Shown: in pieces, positions 11,782 to 24,400 of the stretch
Layout: each line of letters opens with the position of its first letter
Position numbering within the stretch: the first letter of the stretch is position 1
Assembly: GCA_965153455.1 (NCBI GenBank)
Contig: OZ234493.1
Span: forward strand, 32,230,213-32,294,212
DNA: 64,000 nucleotides
Direction: 5' to 3'
From: Sphagnum compactum
Taxonomy: Eukaryota
The notes under the pieces: generated by a model
Told to the model about the DNA's origin: nothing
What the model saw: the letters and a program-made list of their open reading frames with translations, nothing else
The model's database searches: none
Made by a program: the position numbers and the translations under genes

Positions 11782-13165
11782 CATGTAAGTACTTGCCAAA
11801 AACCCATCCTTATTGCCAAGTTCAACAACCCTTCAATGGGAAAGCTAAAAATAGGGGTGCACCTATAAGAATGTTTACAAAACAAACAATGGCAAGTGTA
11901 GATGAAAGGATGGCATGGCTTGCAAATCCAAGGAATCGAGCAAGGGGGAAGTTGGATCCTATACACAAGTATGGCATGAAGCGATGAAGCATTATGTTTG
12001 AACTCCCATATTGGTTCATAGGTGCATCCCATGAACATCCCTGAAATTATTATATTCAATTGTTAATTTGGATATTTTTACCTCACCGATTTGGCTACTT
12101 TTAGCTAGTTACTAATTTGGCTAGTTTTAGGTTGTTCTTTTGGTTGCTTTAACCTAGGATACATGTGTTCTTGAATTGAAGGAAATGTGGCATGTTTATG
12201 GACTTGTTTTGACTTTTTGGCAAGAATTGCTAATTCACAACACACTATATGTAATGCATTGTGAAAAGAACTTGTGTGAAAATGTCTTGAAAACCATCTT
12301 TGGTGCCAAAAATACCATGGCAATGTAGGAGGATTTGAACGAATGTGGCATATTGTTGCATTTGCGGATACAAGCTATTGCTACAAGTGGGTTTGTGAAA
12401 CTTGTAGCCTCATATCTAATGTAAGATGAGGATAAAAAAATATTTTTGCAAATTATCTTAGATTTGAAAACACCAATAGGATACATGTCATCCTTGAGGA
12501 AGTGAGTAAGCAAAGATGGGGATATGAAGGGAATGAAATCCCATGATTATCACATCATGATGTAAGACATCTTACATGTTTGCAAGCGACAGGTAATGGC
12601 AAAGGGTTATTGGATGCAATTATCTATTTGTGCCATGTTTTCAAGAAATTGTGTACTAAGATTATGGACCCACTAACAATGGACAAGCTCAAGAAAGGTG
12701 TGGTAGTCACATTGGTGCTGTTGGAAAAAGAATTTCCACCATTTTGTTAATTCATTTAGTGGAGGAATTAGCAATATGTGGTCCAATCCATACCCAATGG
12801 ATGTACCCCATCAAACGTTACCTAAAAACATTGAAGGGTTATGTTCAAAATAGAGCAAGTCTAGAAGGTAGTATGGAATCTTTGGGGTTTTGCACAAAAT
12901 ATTTGCAAGACTTTACAGCAACGAAACGAAAGGTGTGGGAGGAGAAAGAAAACCCATCAATGTATGACGAAGTGTTCAAAGGAAGTGGGCAACCACGAAT
13001 CATGGATGTAGACCTTCAAGACATGGTGCATTCATTTGTGTTTCACATGTTGAGTTGATGATTCCATGGCGTAGGTAATTAATGTGCTCTTAGTTTGCAA
13101 TTTGATTACATCAACTTACTATGAAGTCTGATTGGTAATTAGATTTATAACTTTTAAGTTTATTA

Positions 13166-13799
13166 GGGTGAAAGCACACTATGTAGTCCTTTTTTAGGTG
13201 TCACACTTATATTTTTCTTGCATATCTTTGAAACTTTGATATAAAACATTAATATTTTCATTGAAATATCAAGAAAAGGATTCACATGTATGTAATGGTA
13301 ATAGAGTTGGCATTTTAAAAATTCAAAAAAATACATCAAAATTCTAAATATTTAATGAGTAATGGACTTTTGAATCTTGGCAACAAAATTTGTCATGCCT
13401 TGCAAAATTCATAAATATGGATTTTTATCTTACAATGTGTTAGTTTTATGTGTTGAAACTTTGAGATATTGGATGAATTATGTTTAGAAAACTAAAGCTC
13501 CATTGAATGAATGAAATGTGATTTTAATTTATTATGTTATGGACTTTTCAAAATCTCAACAACTATAATGATTTTACAAGCCTTTTTAAGCATTTAAAGA
13601 TGATTATTATTATTATTTTAATTTGATTTTTTAATATGTCTTATAACATCATGACTTGAAATTGGAAATGGAAAAAAATGTTACTTTCAATATAATCTAA
13701 ATATTCATATTTTAAACTAGTTTTCAACTACACTAAAAAAGGACTTTGAAAAGGGACTTTAATCCACCAAAACTTAACCACCTTAATGTGTTTTCACCT
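13166..13799. mobile_element. 634-bp TIR element, GGGTG...CACC(T) ends, 4-bp TSD
   Basis: TIR GGGTGAAAGCACACTATG versus AGGTGAAAACACATTAAG (14/18). TSD ATTA/ATTA. AT-rich non-coding interior. Confidence 0.65.
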
Positions 13800-13939
13800 A
13801 TTATTTACCATGAAGAGGTCAATGGTTGATGAATATGGAGTCATTGACTTTCTAGGACCTATATATACATGGAAATTAAAATAACTACAATTTAAAGAAA
13901 ACTAGTAGTTCTTGGGTGAACGTAAAGGTAATGTCAATT

Positions 13940-14165
13940 TTGATAGAACATGTTTGTGTCTGTTTTCAACTAGTTATACCTACAATATGATAGAACATGC
14001 ATGCTTGTGTTTGTTTGAAGACAATTATACCTATAATATGACAAAAGCAACTTGTGTCAATTTGTAGACAATTATACTTACAATATGATAAAACCAACTT
14101 CTATTTGTTTGTAGACAGTTATACTTATAATATGACAAAACTAGCTTATGTATGTTTGGAACTAG
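13940..14165. repeat. Degenerate ~50-bp tandem repeat (4-5 copies)
   Basis: Recurrent TTATACCTA(C/T)AATATGA(T/C)A(G/A)AAC...TTTGTAGACA. Confidence 0.7.
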
Positions 14166-15330
14166 GAATTAATGTGGCAAGAAACATAGGACGTGACTTG
14201 ATATATATAGAATAAACAAAGGAGACATTTTTTAGACATGGTCAACTTACATCTCATTAAATTTCAACTTATTAAGAGATGTGATTAATAATTATATTAA
14301 TAATTGTGGTCAATTATTTAATTTGCACTGGGTCAACTTGGTTAGTTAAGCACCAAATTTTGTGGAATTGATGCTAGAATCTTAGATTTTTCATAAAACA
14401 ACTACATTAATAAAGATAATCAAATAATTTTGTTAATTAAATAATTATATGAATTCCAAAGGTTTGGAAAAAAGTATAGGAGATGTGGGTGCAAAAAAAA
14501 GGACATTATTTGATTTTTTAATAAGGTTTTAACACTCCAAATGAAAGTATGCAATTTTGGAATGTCTAAATAGTCATGTATTCCTTTTTGGTTTATACTT
14601 GAAGAGATCATTCAAAATTTGTTCAATTGAATTGAATCATTCATTATAACATTTATTGATTGAAAGCCTAAACATATATGTCCCCCTTTCATTATTTAAC
14701 ATCTTAGAACATTCAACTTGCTAAGTCTTTAATTTAGGACTCATGACATAAAACAAATGGTTGTCATGGTTCTTGTTATTGTACCCCAATTGCGATTGCA
14801 CCCAATGTTCTTCATGTTGGTAGGCAAATCTTCACTATTTAATGTGGAAAAACATTATTCATGACTATTAAAAGGTTTGCCATGTTTTTAAGGCGCACAC
14901 TAAAGCTTTATTAGAACCACTTACGTATTTTGAAAACAAAGCACCATAATTACCTATACCATTTTGGCCAACAAATCCTAGTCATGTAAATGCTTAAGGA
15001 AATTAATAATACACATGGCACACCAAATTACAAAAGTAGCATTACCCACATGATATAAACTAGCAAATGTTACACGTCACCATTCATAGTGCTAATAAGG
15101 TCGACTTATATTAATCAAGATACCTACATGCACCTATGCCACACTAGCTTCAAAATGCCACATGTAAGTGGTACTATTTGTTTTGATTGAAAATATAAGG
15201 CATCAAAGTCATTTTAGACAAACCTACTTTTGAAAAGGTGGCAAAATAAACAAAAGTTAGTTAGCTTAATCATTTTGGATAGGTATATCAGTCATATTAG
15301 TCATTTTAGTCATAATGCTAAGGGCATAAA

Positions 15331-15351
15331 AGACATGTTTTTGTAGTAGTG
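15331..15351 (-). mobile_element. Probable CACTA 3' terminal inverted repeat
   Basis: ...TTTTTGTAGTAGTG is the reverse complement of CACTACTACAAAAA and lies downstream of the Tnp2 remnant. The matching 5' TIR was not found. Confidence 0.5.
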
Positions 15352-15699
15352 TTTGGAACAAGCTAATCAAATAGGCTTGACTTTTAAAAATTAAACTTGA
15401 AATAAAATAGGATTTAAAAACCTAACATATTTCCTAGCTTAGGCCTATTTAGCTAACTACCTAGCCTAGACCTTCCTACCTAACATTAGGTAGGTAGGTT
15501 TAGGCTAAGTAGGTAAGTAAATAAGCCAACCTACTAACCTACTTAGGTGGACTAGGAGTAGGTTTTAAACTAGCTAAGTAAAATGTGTTAAAACTTATTT
15601 TTAGCTTTAAAATTTGGCAAATTATGAACCTTAATATGCAAAAGTTGAAAGTAATTAATACATTTTAAGGTGTCATCAACTCAAAATACCAAAAATTTA

Positions 15700-17000
15700 A
15701 TTAAAGTCCTACCATCTACTTGAAACCAATTCAAGACACTTATTTTCCATCCATTTGCATTTTCAAAAATCTACTTAAATGCATAGTAAAATATAAAACA
15801 TAATATTATTGTCTTAAAGTCAAAGAACATCTTCATATTGATCATTAAATTAAAAAATATTTCGAAGTTTTCTATATCAAATTTTATTTTATGGTTACTT
15901 TCATTCCAAAAAAAAAGGATCATATATTATTTTACTTTAAAATGCTTATGCCTAATTGGGTGGTAGAAACGTCATGACCCAAATAAGTAGTCACCAAACA
16001 TGTACTTTTATATGTGGGATCCAACATGAAAACCAACATGTTATGGCCCTTTTCTTTATAAACTCCTTGCATAAAAGAAATGAAAGGTAGAAAAACCTTC
16101 GAAACTTGGTGTTTCATACAAGAAATGAACTCCTTAAGTTTGAAATTGAAAACATTTATCTCCTCTTTAGCAAGGTTGTTGATTAGGAACACTTTAGTTG
16201 GAAAGATCTTCACAAATTTCCAAACACATGGAAATAACAAAATTGAAGGCAACCTTAAGGAGCCAATTAATGCCCCCAACTCTTGTTCATAACAGAACCT
16301 CTCACAATGGGTGATAGAACTTTCACAATAGGCTCACAAATAACTGGTTTAAGGAGAGGTATGTGGCTTTATAATGAAATTGTTTGTTGTTTATAAAAAA
16401 ATGTAATGGTGCAAAAAAGAAAAAAAGAGTTTTCAAAAATGAAATAAAACTTGCAAACCTCCAATTGACAACAAATCAATTGAACACGACATTAGTCAAA
16501 TTTCCAAATACGTTGTAACAAATACAAATCCCATGAAATTCATCAAAAGACGAAATAAAATGACATACCTTGTTTCCACAAATGTGCTCAAATTTTTGGG
16601 TTTCAAGCTAAAATATATGCAATTTTTTTTCCAAACTTGTGTCCTTTTTCCTAAACTCTTTTGGCCAAACAATGCACTTCGTAGTTTTTATAGATGTGTA
16701 GGACAATCCATGAGTCACTTTTTCATCCGTAGTATATTGGAAAACCTTTCTTAGGGCATGCCTAAAACACAACCCATCAAATGGTTCCAACTTAATCAAA
16801 CTATTATATGAAACAATCAAATTCACAGCACTTGCATATGTTTATAAATTTGACCCCTCATATTTCACATAAACAAGGATCTTGCGAATGAAGGCAAACT
16901 TATCAAGAAGTTATCATAATCTTGGAACTTAAAGTTGTCACAAAAACAAAGTTGAAAGCTCAAAGTTGTTACAAAAACAAAACGTAGATTAACGCAAACC
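15700..17000 (-). pseudogene. hAT-like transposase remnant
   Basis: HNMLVFMLDPTYKS resembles the hAT LDPRFK motif; FDGLCFRHAL resembles CxxH. Heavily fragmented. Confidence 0.55.
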
Positions 17001-18649
17001 CATCTTTTGGTGGTACTATTAGGAATGTCACACCTCAAAAAAATTTAACCCGTTTAAGACAACATAAAACTCACTGAAGGAAAACTTTTCATTTAAAATT
17101 TTATATCAAAAAATTGCCCAAGTCATGTAGAATTTGAAATTCAATTCCATGGTCAAAGAAAAAGTTTTTTAAAAAATAACATTTGGGTTCTTTTGTTTAG
17201 AACACAAAAAAGATCATTGTTTCATTTTTAAAAATGATTTTAATTTCTAAGAAGGCCTTAAATAATAATAAATATATATACACATTTTAATAGATAATGC
17301 ATTAAAGCAACCACAATTTTTTGAGAAAATTTCAAAAGTCAGGGTCATTACATTCGTGTTTATAAATTTGGAATAATTTTCACTTTTTTTTTGTTGATCT
17401 ACAATTTGGGCTATATTTTAATGAATATAGTTCATAAACCAAAAATTAATAAGTTTACAATGGCACCTTCACACTTTATGATAAAGGGTTAATAATTTTT
17501 AAAACACATTTTAAAAACATTTTCACAGTATAAATCTCTTACTTGTTTGGCCTTTGTAGGTGTTAACAAATTTTTTTTGTAAGTGTTTAATTTTTTTTCA
17601 TATTATACATATATATATATGTGGGGAACACAAAGCCCATGTGGTGCAAATCAATAATACAAATCATAATTTAAAAAGATTAAATTTTTTTTATGAAATT
17701 CAATTGAGTCCACCTTTCTGGGAATTTTGGTGAAATTGTTCTTAGTGGTACCTGCAGAGGATGGGTTTGCTTGATGAAAGATGAAAAAAGATGGAAAAAG
17801 AAAGATGGAAAGCAAAAAAATGCTTGACAAGAAGCTTTAAAAGCTTGTAGCTGTGAGAGTATTGTTTTGCTTCTTGCACCTGTGCTCCTCCCAACTATGT
17901 CCCTTACAACCAAACAGAATTGCTCAACTCTCCACAGACAGTAGGTGCACAGCCAGAGCTCAAGAGACAACAATATTGGTCTAGAGAGAAAATCAGAACC
18001 TTTACAGGAGAAATAGATGTCGACAGATTTCAAAGTCGTTACACAGAGATAAGCATGGGGGAGTGGGGAGGGGGGGGGGGGGGATTTAAAATCCTTACAG
18101 ACTGCATTAACAATTGCAGGGCAGGGACTAGTACTCATTCTTGTGTTCTCTCATTCTATCCCGAGAGGGACCCCATTGTCAAAAATTGGTGGGCCTAATA
18201 AAATATCTCATATATAAACCTTTTACCTTTCAACATTTGATCATCACTGGTAGTGTGAAGTGGCGCAGAGCCCAAGTTGAAATTTTTTCAGCACACATGA
18301 CATAATATTCTACACTTCCTGAGTTTCCTATTCCAGAGGTTGACAATTTCTGTCTATAGACTCTGGTGCAAGAAAAGCTCACCTAACAATATCTGTCAGG
18401 ATCTGGGGCTTGATCTGCATTCTTCATGATGAAAGACACTAAAAACTGAACTTCAATTGTCTGAAGGTGCTGAAACCAATCTCTAACCTTTTTCCAAGCA
18501 GCATGCAAAGTTTCTACCAGTGAATGTCCATCAAAGATGATGAAGAAAAAGACACTCCCAAATAACCCAAACCTTCTTTGAATTCTGCAGGAAGTTTTGA
18601 AAAAGCCGGATTGCATACAAATTTTTTATGACAAACCACAGTGTTGCTC

Positions 18650-20960
18650 TCACCTTGCAGTATTGCTGTTCTTCTTCTTCTTTTTAGCTGGTTGTTGCAC
18701 AGTTTCATAAGCCTGGATTCGAGAAGGAGGTAGAAAAGCTGTTGGACCTGATTTCTTTTTTCTCCTTCTCTTGCTTTTCTTCAAATCCCCTTGCTCCAGG
18801 CTTAGTGGTATTTCACCTCCTGCATCTGCCATATCTTTCCTCTTCTTCAGATTACCTTGCTGCGAGTTTACTTGTAATTCTTCACCTGCTGCTTCTGGTG
18901 TATCTTTGCTTAAATCTACTGCATGAGTCACATGCTCCTCCACTTCCACAGAGTCAGGCGCCTCCTTCTTTGACTTTGCTTGATTGCTAGCAATCTGTTT
19001 TTGTGTTGTCTTCCTCTTGGGGTTTTCCTTCCCTTTCCCCAGGATCTGCTTCCTCATCATCGAACGCAGGGAGTGTGGAGGTTTCCACTCTTCAGTGCGA
19101 TACGTTGCCAATTTCTTGATGGATACGTACTGGTTGAGCTCTTTGTCTTCAGCACCTAAGATGTCCCTTGCCTTCAAGCCATAAGTATTGGCTTGTACTT
19201 CCCGATACTTAAACCTTGTGGGGAGATCACCCACCATATCTTCATAGTCAAGCTTGTAGTAATCCTCCAGATTCTTGTCAAATGCTGCTTTTGCTTTAGT
19301 AGAAACTTTCTGCTTCTCACGCACAGCAGCAAAACCCACCTTCTTGGTCCATCCTTTTGGCAATCCAAGTTCTTCATCTTCTGCATCAAAGTTAGGTTTT
19401 TCTACGTTGTTGTCACTGCCGTCATCATCATCTTCTTCTTCTTCATCATCCTTTAGCTCTGCATCCTCTGCAAAATAGTACTCATCTCCGAAGGCTTCCT
19501 TCATTCTCCGGTCATATTCCTCGGGGTCAAAATCCGCCTCCAGATCCTCTTCTTTCAGTGTTGCAAATTCTGCAGAGCTTGCACCTGCAACAGTTCTGAT
19601 CTTTGACAGCTTCTCCATGATTTCTTTCTTCTTCAAGTTTTTGAGCCGCTTCAGTTCTTCCTCCCTTGCTTTCTGCTGCTCTGAAAGGCGCTCCTCTTTC
19701 CTCTGCCTCTGCTTCTTCCTCACCTCCCCTTTCTTCCGCACTGATCCCTCCACCACTCTAGGGTTTCCCATGACCTGTGAGCCCATCCCTTCCTCAAATC
19801 TGAAATTGTAACTGGCCTCATACTTGTCTTGATCCTCCAGGATTGCTTCATCCTCACTCACTTCCACTACGACTTCCTTGTAGGAGGGAATCCTGTTCTT
19901 CTCCGTGTCTATCCATCCTTGATTGAGGAGAAAAGTCTTGAGGAATTTCTCATTATCATCAAGCTCATCATCCTTCCCGAAGTAAGACTCCAGACGTTGG
20001 CGTATTCCTACATCTTTCTTCCGTTGTTGTTGTTTTTCTACTTCTTCTTCTTCTTCCTCATCAGGAACCGCTGCTTCTGCTTGCTCTTCCTTGTCCCTTC
20101 CAAGCTCCTCTGCCTTCTTTGGCCTTACTCTCAAAAGCTCTTCTGAGAAAGAAAGAAAGAGAGAAAGAAAACAGGAGTGAAAAAACGATATTTGCCAGCT
20201 GAGATCCTTGAAAAGAAAGCTCGAAAAACCCTGACAACATCCTCGAAGCGCACAAGAAAGAGATACACTAGAAAAGACCAAAACCACGAGTGAAGGAAGG
20301 ATCTGAAAGGATCTCACCGCCGTCGTCGTCGGCTTCGGAATCCGCCTCTGCGACACTCTGCAGAAACGCATTCTTCAACTCCTGTTGCTCGTCTGCATAT
20401 GTTGTGATTGCAGGCTGCTGCGCGGCGGCGGTCCTAGTCTTTGATCTCTTCTTCTTCTTCAAGTTCTCGTCCTCCTCGTCCTCGTCTGCACCGCCATCAA
20501 GCAACTGCCTTGCAACCACATCCTTAAGATACAACGGCTTCTTCTTCTTCTTCTCTTTTGTCGCTGGCTCCACACCATCTCCTTCCTCTCTTCCGTCTTC
20601 TTCTTCTTCCTCGTCATAGAACTTTGCTTCCGAGACGTATATGGACGGGTCCCGTTTCTTAATCCTAGCCAAAGTCTCGAAGATCTGCGTGTCTGTGCGC
20701 ACAGGGAGCAAGCCATCCTCATCTTCTTCCTCTGAATCGTCGTCACCATCGGAATCCGCTAATCCCTTCTTCTTCAGCTCTTGCAGCCTGTGCAGGTCTT
20801 CCCGCTCCTTGTTGTGCACAAAGCGTTTGGCATAAGCTTCATTCACAGTAATCCGCGCTTCTTCCTGACCCCCATCACCATCGCCGTCGTCATCATCTAG
20901 CAAAGATTTCGTAACCCGACTTGGACCTCGTCCGTCTTCTCCTCCTCTTCCACGCGCCAT
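18650..20960 (-). CDS. KRI1: KRI1 homolog (40S ribosome biogenesis factor), 2 exons: 20960-20318, 20142-18650; ~711 aa
   Basis: N-terminal ITVNEAYAKRFVHNKEREDL; YNFRFEEG; KREEELKRLKNLKKKEI-type segment; Kri1_C LDYEDMVGDLPTRFKYREV...ELNQYVSIKKLATYR. A GT-AG intron at 20317-20143 keeps the frame. Confidence 0.93.
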
Positions 20961-21021
20961 CGCCGCGCACCGATCCAGAGCCTTTCTTCTTCTTCTTCCA
21001 TCGATTCTTCAAACGTTCTCC

Positions 21022-21030
21022 AAACCCTAA
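21022..21030 (+). promoter_or_regulatory. Telo-box AAACCCTAA in the KRI1/PAP intergenic region
   Basis: Exact telo-box ~60 bp upstream of the KRI1 ATG; a related AACCCTAG lies at ~21077. Telo-boxes are typical of plant ribosome-biogenesis gene promoters. Confidence 0.55.
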
Positions 21031-21430
21031 TCCAGGCCGACTGGAAAAGAAGCACCACCGCAGCGCAGCTTCTGTAACCCTAGCAGCAGCTCGCACATGC
21101 ACCCGCGAACGGCCCCGCATTCCTTCCTCCTGCAAGGTGCCTGCACGATTCTCGGAGGCGGATTGTGAATTTTCAGGATTGCAACAGAAGAAGAAGAAGA
21201 AGAAGACATCATTATCGTTGCTGTGCTTTCTTCTTTTGTTTTTGTAGCAAATGGAACTGGCTTGCTGCAATGCTCGTATGGTCTCCACTCCAGAGCGTTG
21301 GATGGAGGAGGAGAGAGGAAGCGCCTGATCGCCGCTTGCTGCTTTGCAATGGGGGAGGCCTAGCAGCTCTGTGATCTGAACCCGAGGGATTCTATTCCAA
21401 CAGAAGGACAAGAAGAACAAGAGCAAGGAG

Positions 21431-24400
21431 ATGGCTGCTCTGGTGGCGCAAGTGCAAAGGGGAGTGATCGGGGTATTGCGGCAATCCTCCGTCGCCACTC
21501 TCTACTCCCTTGCCTTACGCTTGAAGGTACGTTGGGTTTGCAGTAGCTTGTTGGTTTTAATGTGGGTCTTGCTCTGATTGCAAAATCATGCACAATGCAA
21601 GTTTGGTTATGTTGTGCAGGAAGTGGGTGTGCTGGATGGCCACAGCAGCGGTAGCAGCAGCAGAGCAACAGAATTGGAAGCTGTGGCAGATGTGGTTTCC
21701 GAGAGAGATATGTCTGCAGATATCTTGGATGGTCTGATTCCTTCATCTTCTTCACAAGGTTCTGTGCCCACCTCCAACTCTCCACCATCAGCTGCTGTTG
21801 TTTATGCTATGAATCTCTTTCAGTACTTTCAATGGACTTTTAGGGTTCATAATCTATCTGAATGCTCCGTACCCAACCCTTATGCTGCTTCTTTTTCTTT
21901 TGGGTTGAAAGTTCAGAATGAAACATACAGACATGCATTCAGCCTTACATTCCTGGTTATATTAGGGCTGTAAGTTTTACAGATGAGGAAGGCATTGTAT
22001 ATCCAAATGCATGTCTGTATGCATTTATATGGAATCATGAAGTCTTTTTGCAGTTGGAATTGCAGATAGACGGAACCAAGCTCAAAGGCGGACTTTGAAG
22101 AAAGGAGAGCATGGACTCCATCAGCAACTCATTCCAGCTGCATCATGGCGGGTGCTCAACCGTCTACAAGATGAAGGTAAATAAGAGCACTCTGGCTATT
22201 CTTGCTTTGTCAAGTCAAGATGGAGGACAGAAGACAAAGGTGCATATCTTACTGTTCAAATCAGTACCTTCAGAGCCCTTGCTGGTGGTTCCAAGGCCAC
22301 TGTGGTGTTTTGGGACATGTTGATTTGCTTGTGCTTCATGCACATTTAATCTTTATGTTGTTCGGTAGATTGAGAAACAACTATATGCATTCCCTATCTG
22401 GTTGTGTTTTTGGATCTATTCTGCATTTTTCTGACAGGAAATAAATAGCTGAGGTGCTCTTTATTCCTTCTTGCAGGCTATGAGTCGTATCTTGTAGGAG
22501 GCAGTGTGAGAGATTTGCTGCTGAAGCAGACACCAAAAGATTTTGATGTCCTCACCACAGCTGATCCTAAACAGGTAGAAAATGGATTTTCTGAAAGAGT
22601 TTGGTGCTCAGCATTGTTATTCTTAGACTCTGTGATCAGGAAAGTATGTAATCTGTGTGTATCAACTCTGTCAGTGGTTGGCCGAGAAATTCTTAACAGC
22701 CATTACTACTTGAATGTAGCAAGTAGGATTTCAACTAGCAAAAGAACTGCTACAAAAGAGAGAAGTAGTAATTCGGTCTACTAGAAATTGTCTACCTTTT
22801 AGGTGGTCATGTTGAACCTGCAAATACTTCACAAGTTTAAAAGCAATGATGAGTCTTGTAATGCTTGCTAGTCAATAACCCCCCTGGCCCCTTTGGTCCT
22901 TTTCCTGTCTTTTTGGGGTTGTATTTCCTCTTTTTCTTCCCCCTGTTCACTAATATTTGTTCAAATCTGAAGTCTCTATAACCTTATTGTTGGGTCATAT
23001 TCAGGTTGACATAACATCATAAGTATGTGAGAGGTCTCAATACTTATGAATATGTATTCTCTAGTCAACAGCCCTTGGGTACCTGCTGTTATCTGTATCC
23101 TCAAGTAGAGCCCACTAACTTGCTGAAATTTGCCCCTTCTTGAGATAACTATGGCCATATGAACTTACATTCTATTGTACATGTGGTTTCAGAGTATGTT
23201 TCCATGCTAGAATTAAGGCTAATCAACTGTGCAGTTTTTGGCTTGAGCTTTAGCCAAATCACCATCATGTACAATTGGTGCACAGACTTTCACTAGTTTA
23301 ACACACCATGAGAAGCAGGGTTTCTCTTAGAGTGCTATGATTACCTCCATTTGAACCAACAAATTGAGTCGTGGATAAATGTGATAGAGAAGGGAGCTAG
23401 TAAGTCCATGATTAGTGAATGTGGACAAATTTGCAGGTCAAAAAGAGCTTTCCAGGTCATTGCATCATTGTCGGGAAGCGCTTCCCAATCTGTCATGTCA
23501 GCTCATTAAACACAGTTATTGAGGTAAGTTTGTGAATTAATTGAAGTAGATCTAGCAGATTGTGTTTAATCTTTCTGCTTGTTTCTGTTCAGATTTTCAT
23601 CTGCAAATCAAGTTGAACAAGTTCTTTACTGTAATTTTTCTCTCCATCTATTCTTACAGAGGAAAGACCATGAACTTTCTAACTTATTTTTCTGTTCTTT
23701 CTTATGTAATTGTGTGGTGTTCGGATGTTCTTGAGTCAGGTATCAAGCTTTTGTACAAGTTTAGATAATCAAAAAGGTGAGACAGTGGCCCGCAAGGGAG
23801 TGAAAGGAACTGAAGGCTGGGATATGCGTGACTTTGCACGGTGGGAAAATTGCTTGAAGCGAGACTTCACTGTCAATGGGTACCCTCCCCTTCTCTGGCA
23901 TCCAATCTTCATCAATTTCATATTGCTTATGGGTGGCCTTTATGAGATAGGGAGGGATCTAGGTTGCTGATGAACACTCTGAACTGCAGGCTTATGTATG
24001 ACCCATTCCAGAGCATTGTGTATGATTATGTTGGCGGCCTTAGAGATCTCAGGAAATTTCAGGTATTCTTTATCTGTATGCATCTTATGTGTGAGTGCCT
24101 TTGCATGATTAAGCCCCAGTCAGACCAGTTTTTGAGGTTGACATAAGGACTAGGATTGGCACTCAATTGAGGTGCCCTAGGTTGCTGGGTCATAAGATCT
24201 TGGATTTGCTTCCACTGTAACATCTCATTCTATTTCTTTTACTTTTCTTGTGTCTGCATGACTGGAGGAAAAGTAGAGTAAACATTTCTGTTGCTGCCCA
24301 TCCTTAACTAGCATTATCCACTGTCAGGTGCGGACAGTTATTCCTGCAGATGAGTCATTCCAGGAAGATCCAGGTAGGCAATCCTCAAGATTTCTCAGTG

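Larger units (their letters stand above)
9280..13074 (+). pseudogene. CACTA/EnSpm Tnp2-type transposase, degenerate
   Basis: YECPCKCCHG (transposase-associated domain); IHAYTNNCMFF...CPTCKTNRF; LGLALDGVNPFG...TWPMVLLNYNLPPWL; MWSIHDFP; HCNALEKNLCEN-like segment; LIHLVEELAICGPIHTQWMYPIKRYLKTLKGYVQNRASLEGS. Many stops. Confidence 0.92.

Noticed and set aside
18056..18083. G-quadruplex-forming G tract downstream of KRI1
   Set aside because: It is a simple homopolymer-rich tract of unreliable length, with no evidence of function.
20143..20371. N-terminal hydrophobic part of the 573-aa ORF as a real protein segment
   Set aside because: It reads through the KRI1 intron and the wrong frame of exon 1.
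21248..21526. Stop-codon readthrough (TAG CAG CTC at 21361) extending the PAP N-terminus
   Set aside because: That frame reaches the donor at 21527 in phase 1 and does not join exon 2 in frame. The ATG at 21431 gives a clean in-frame exon.
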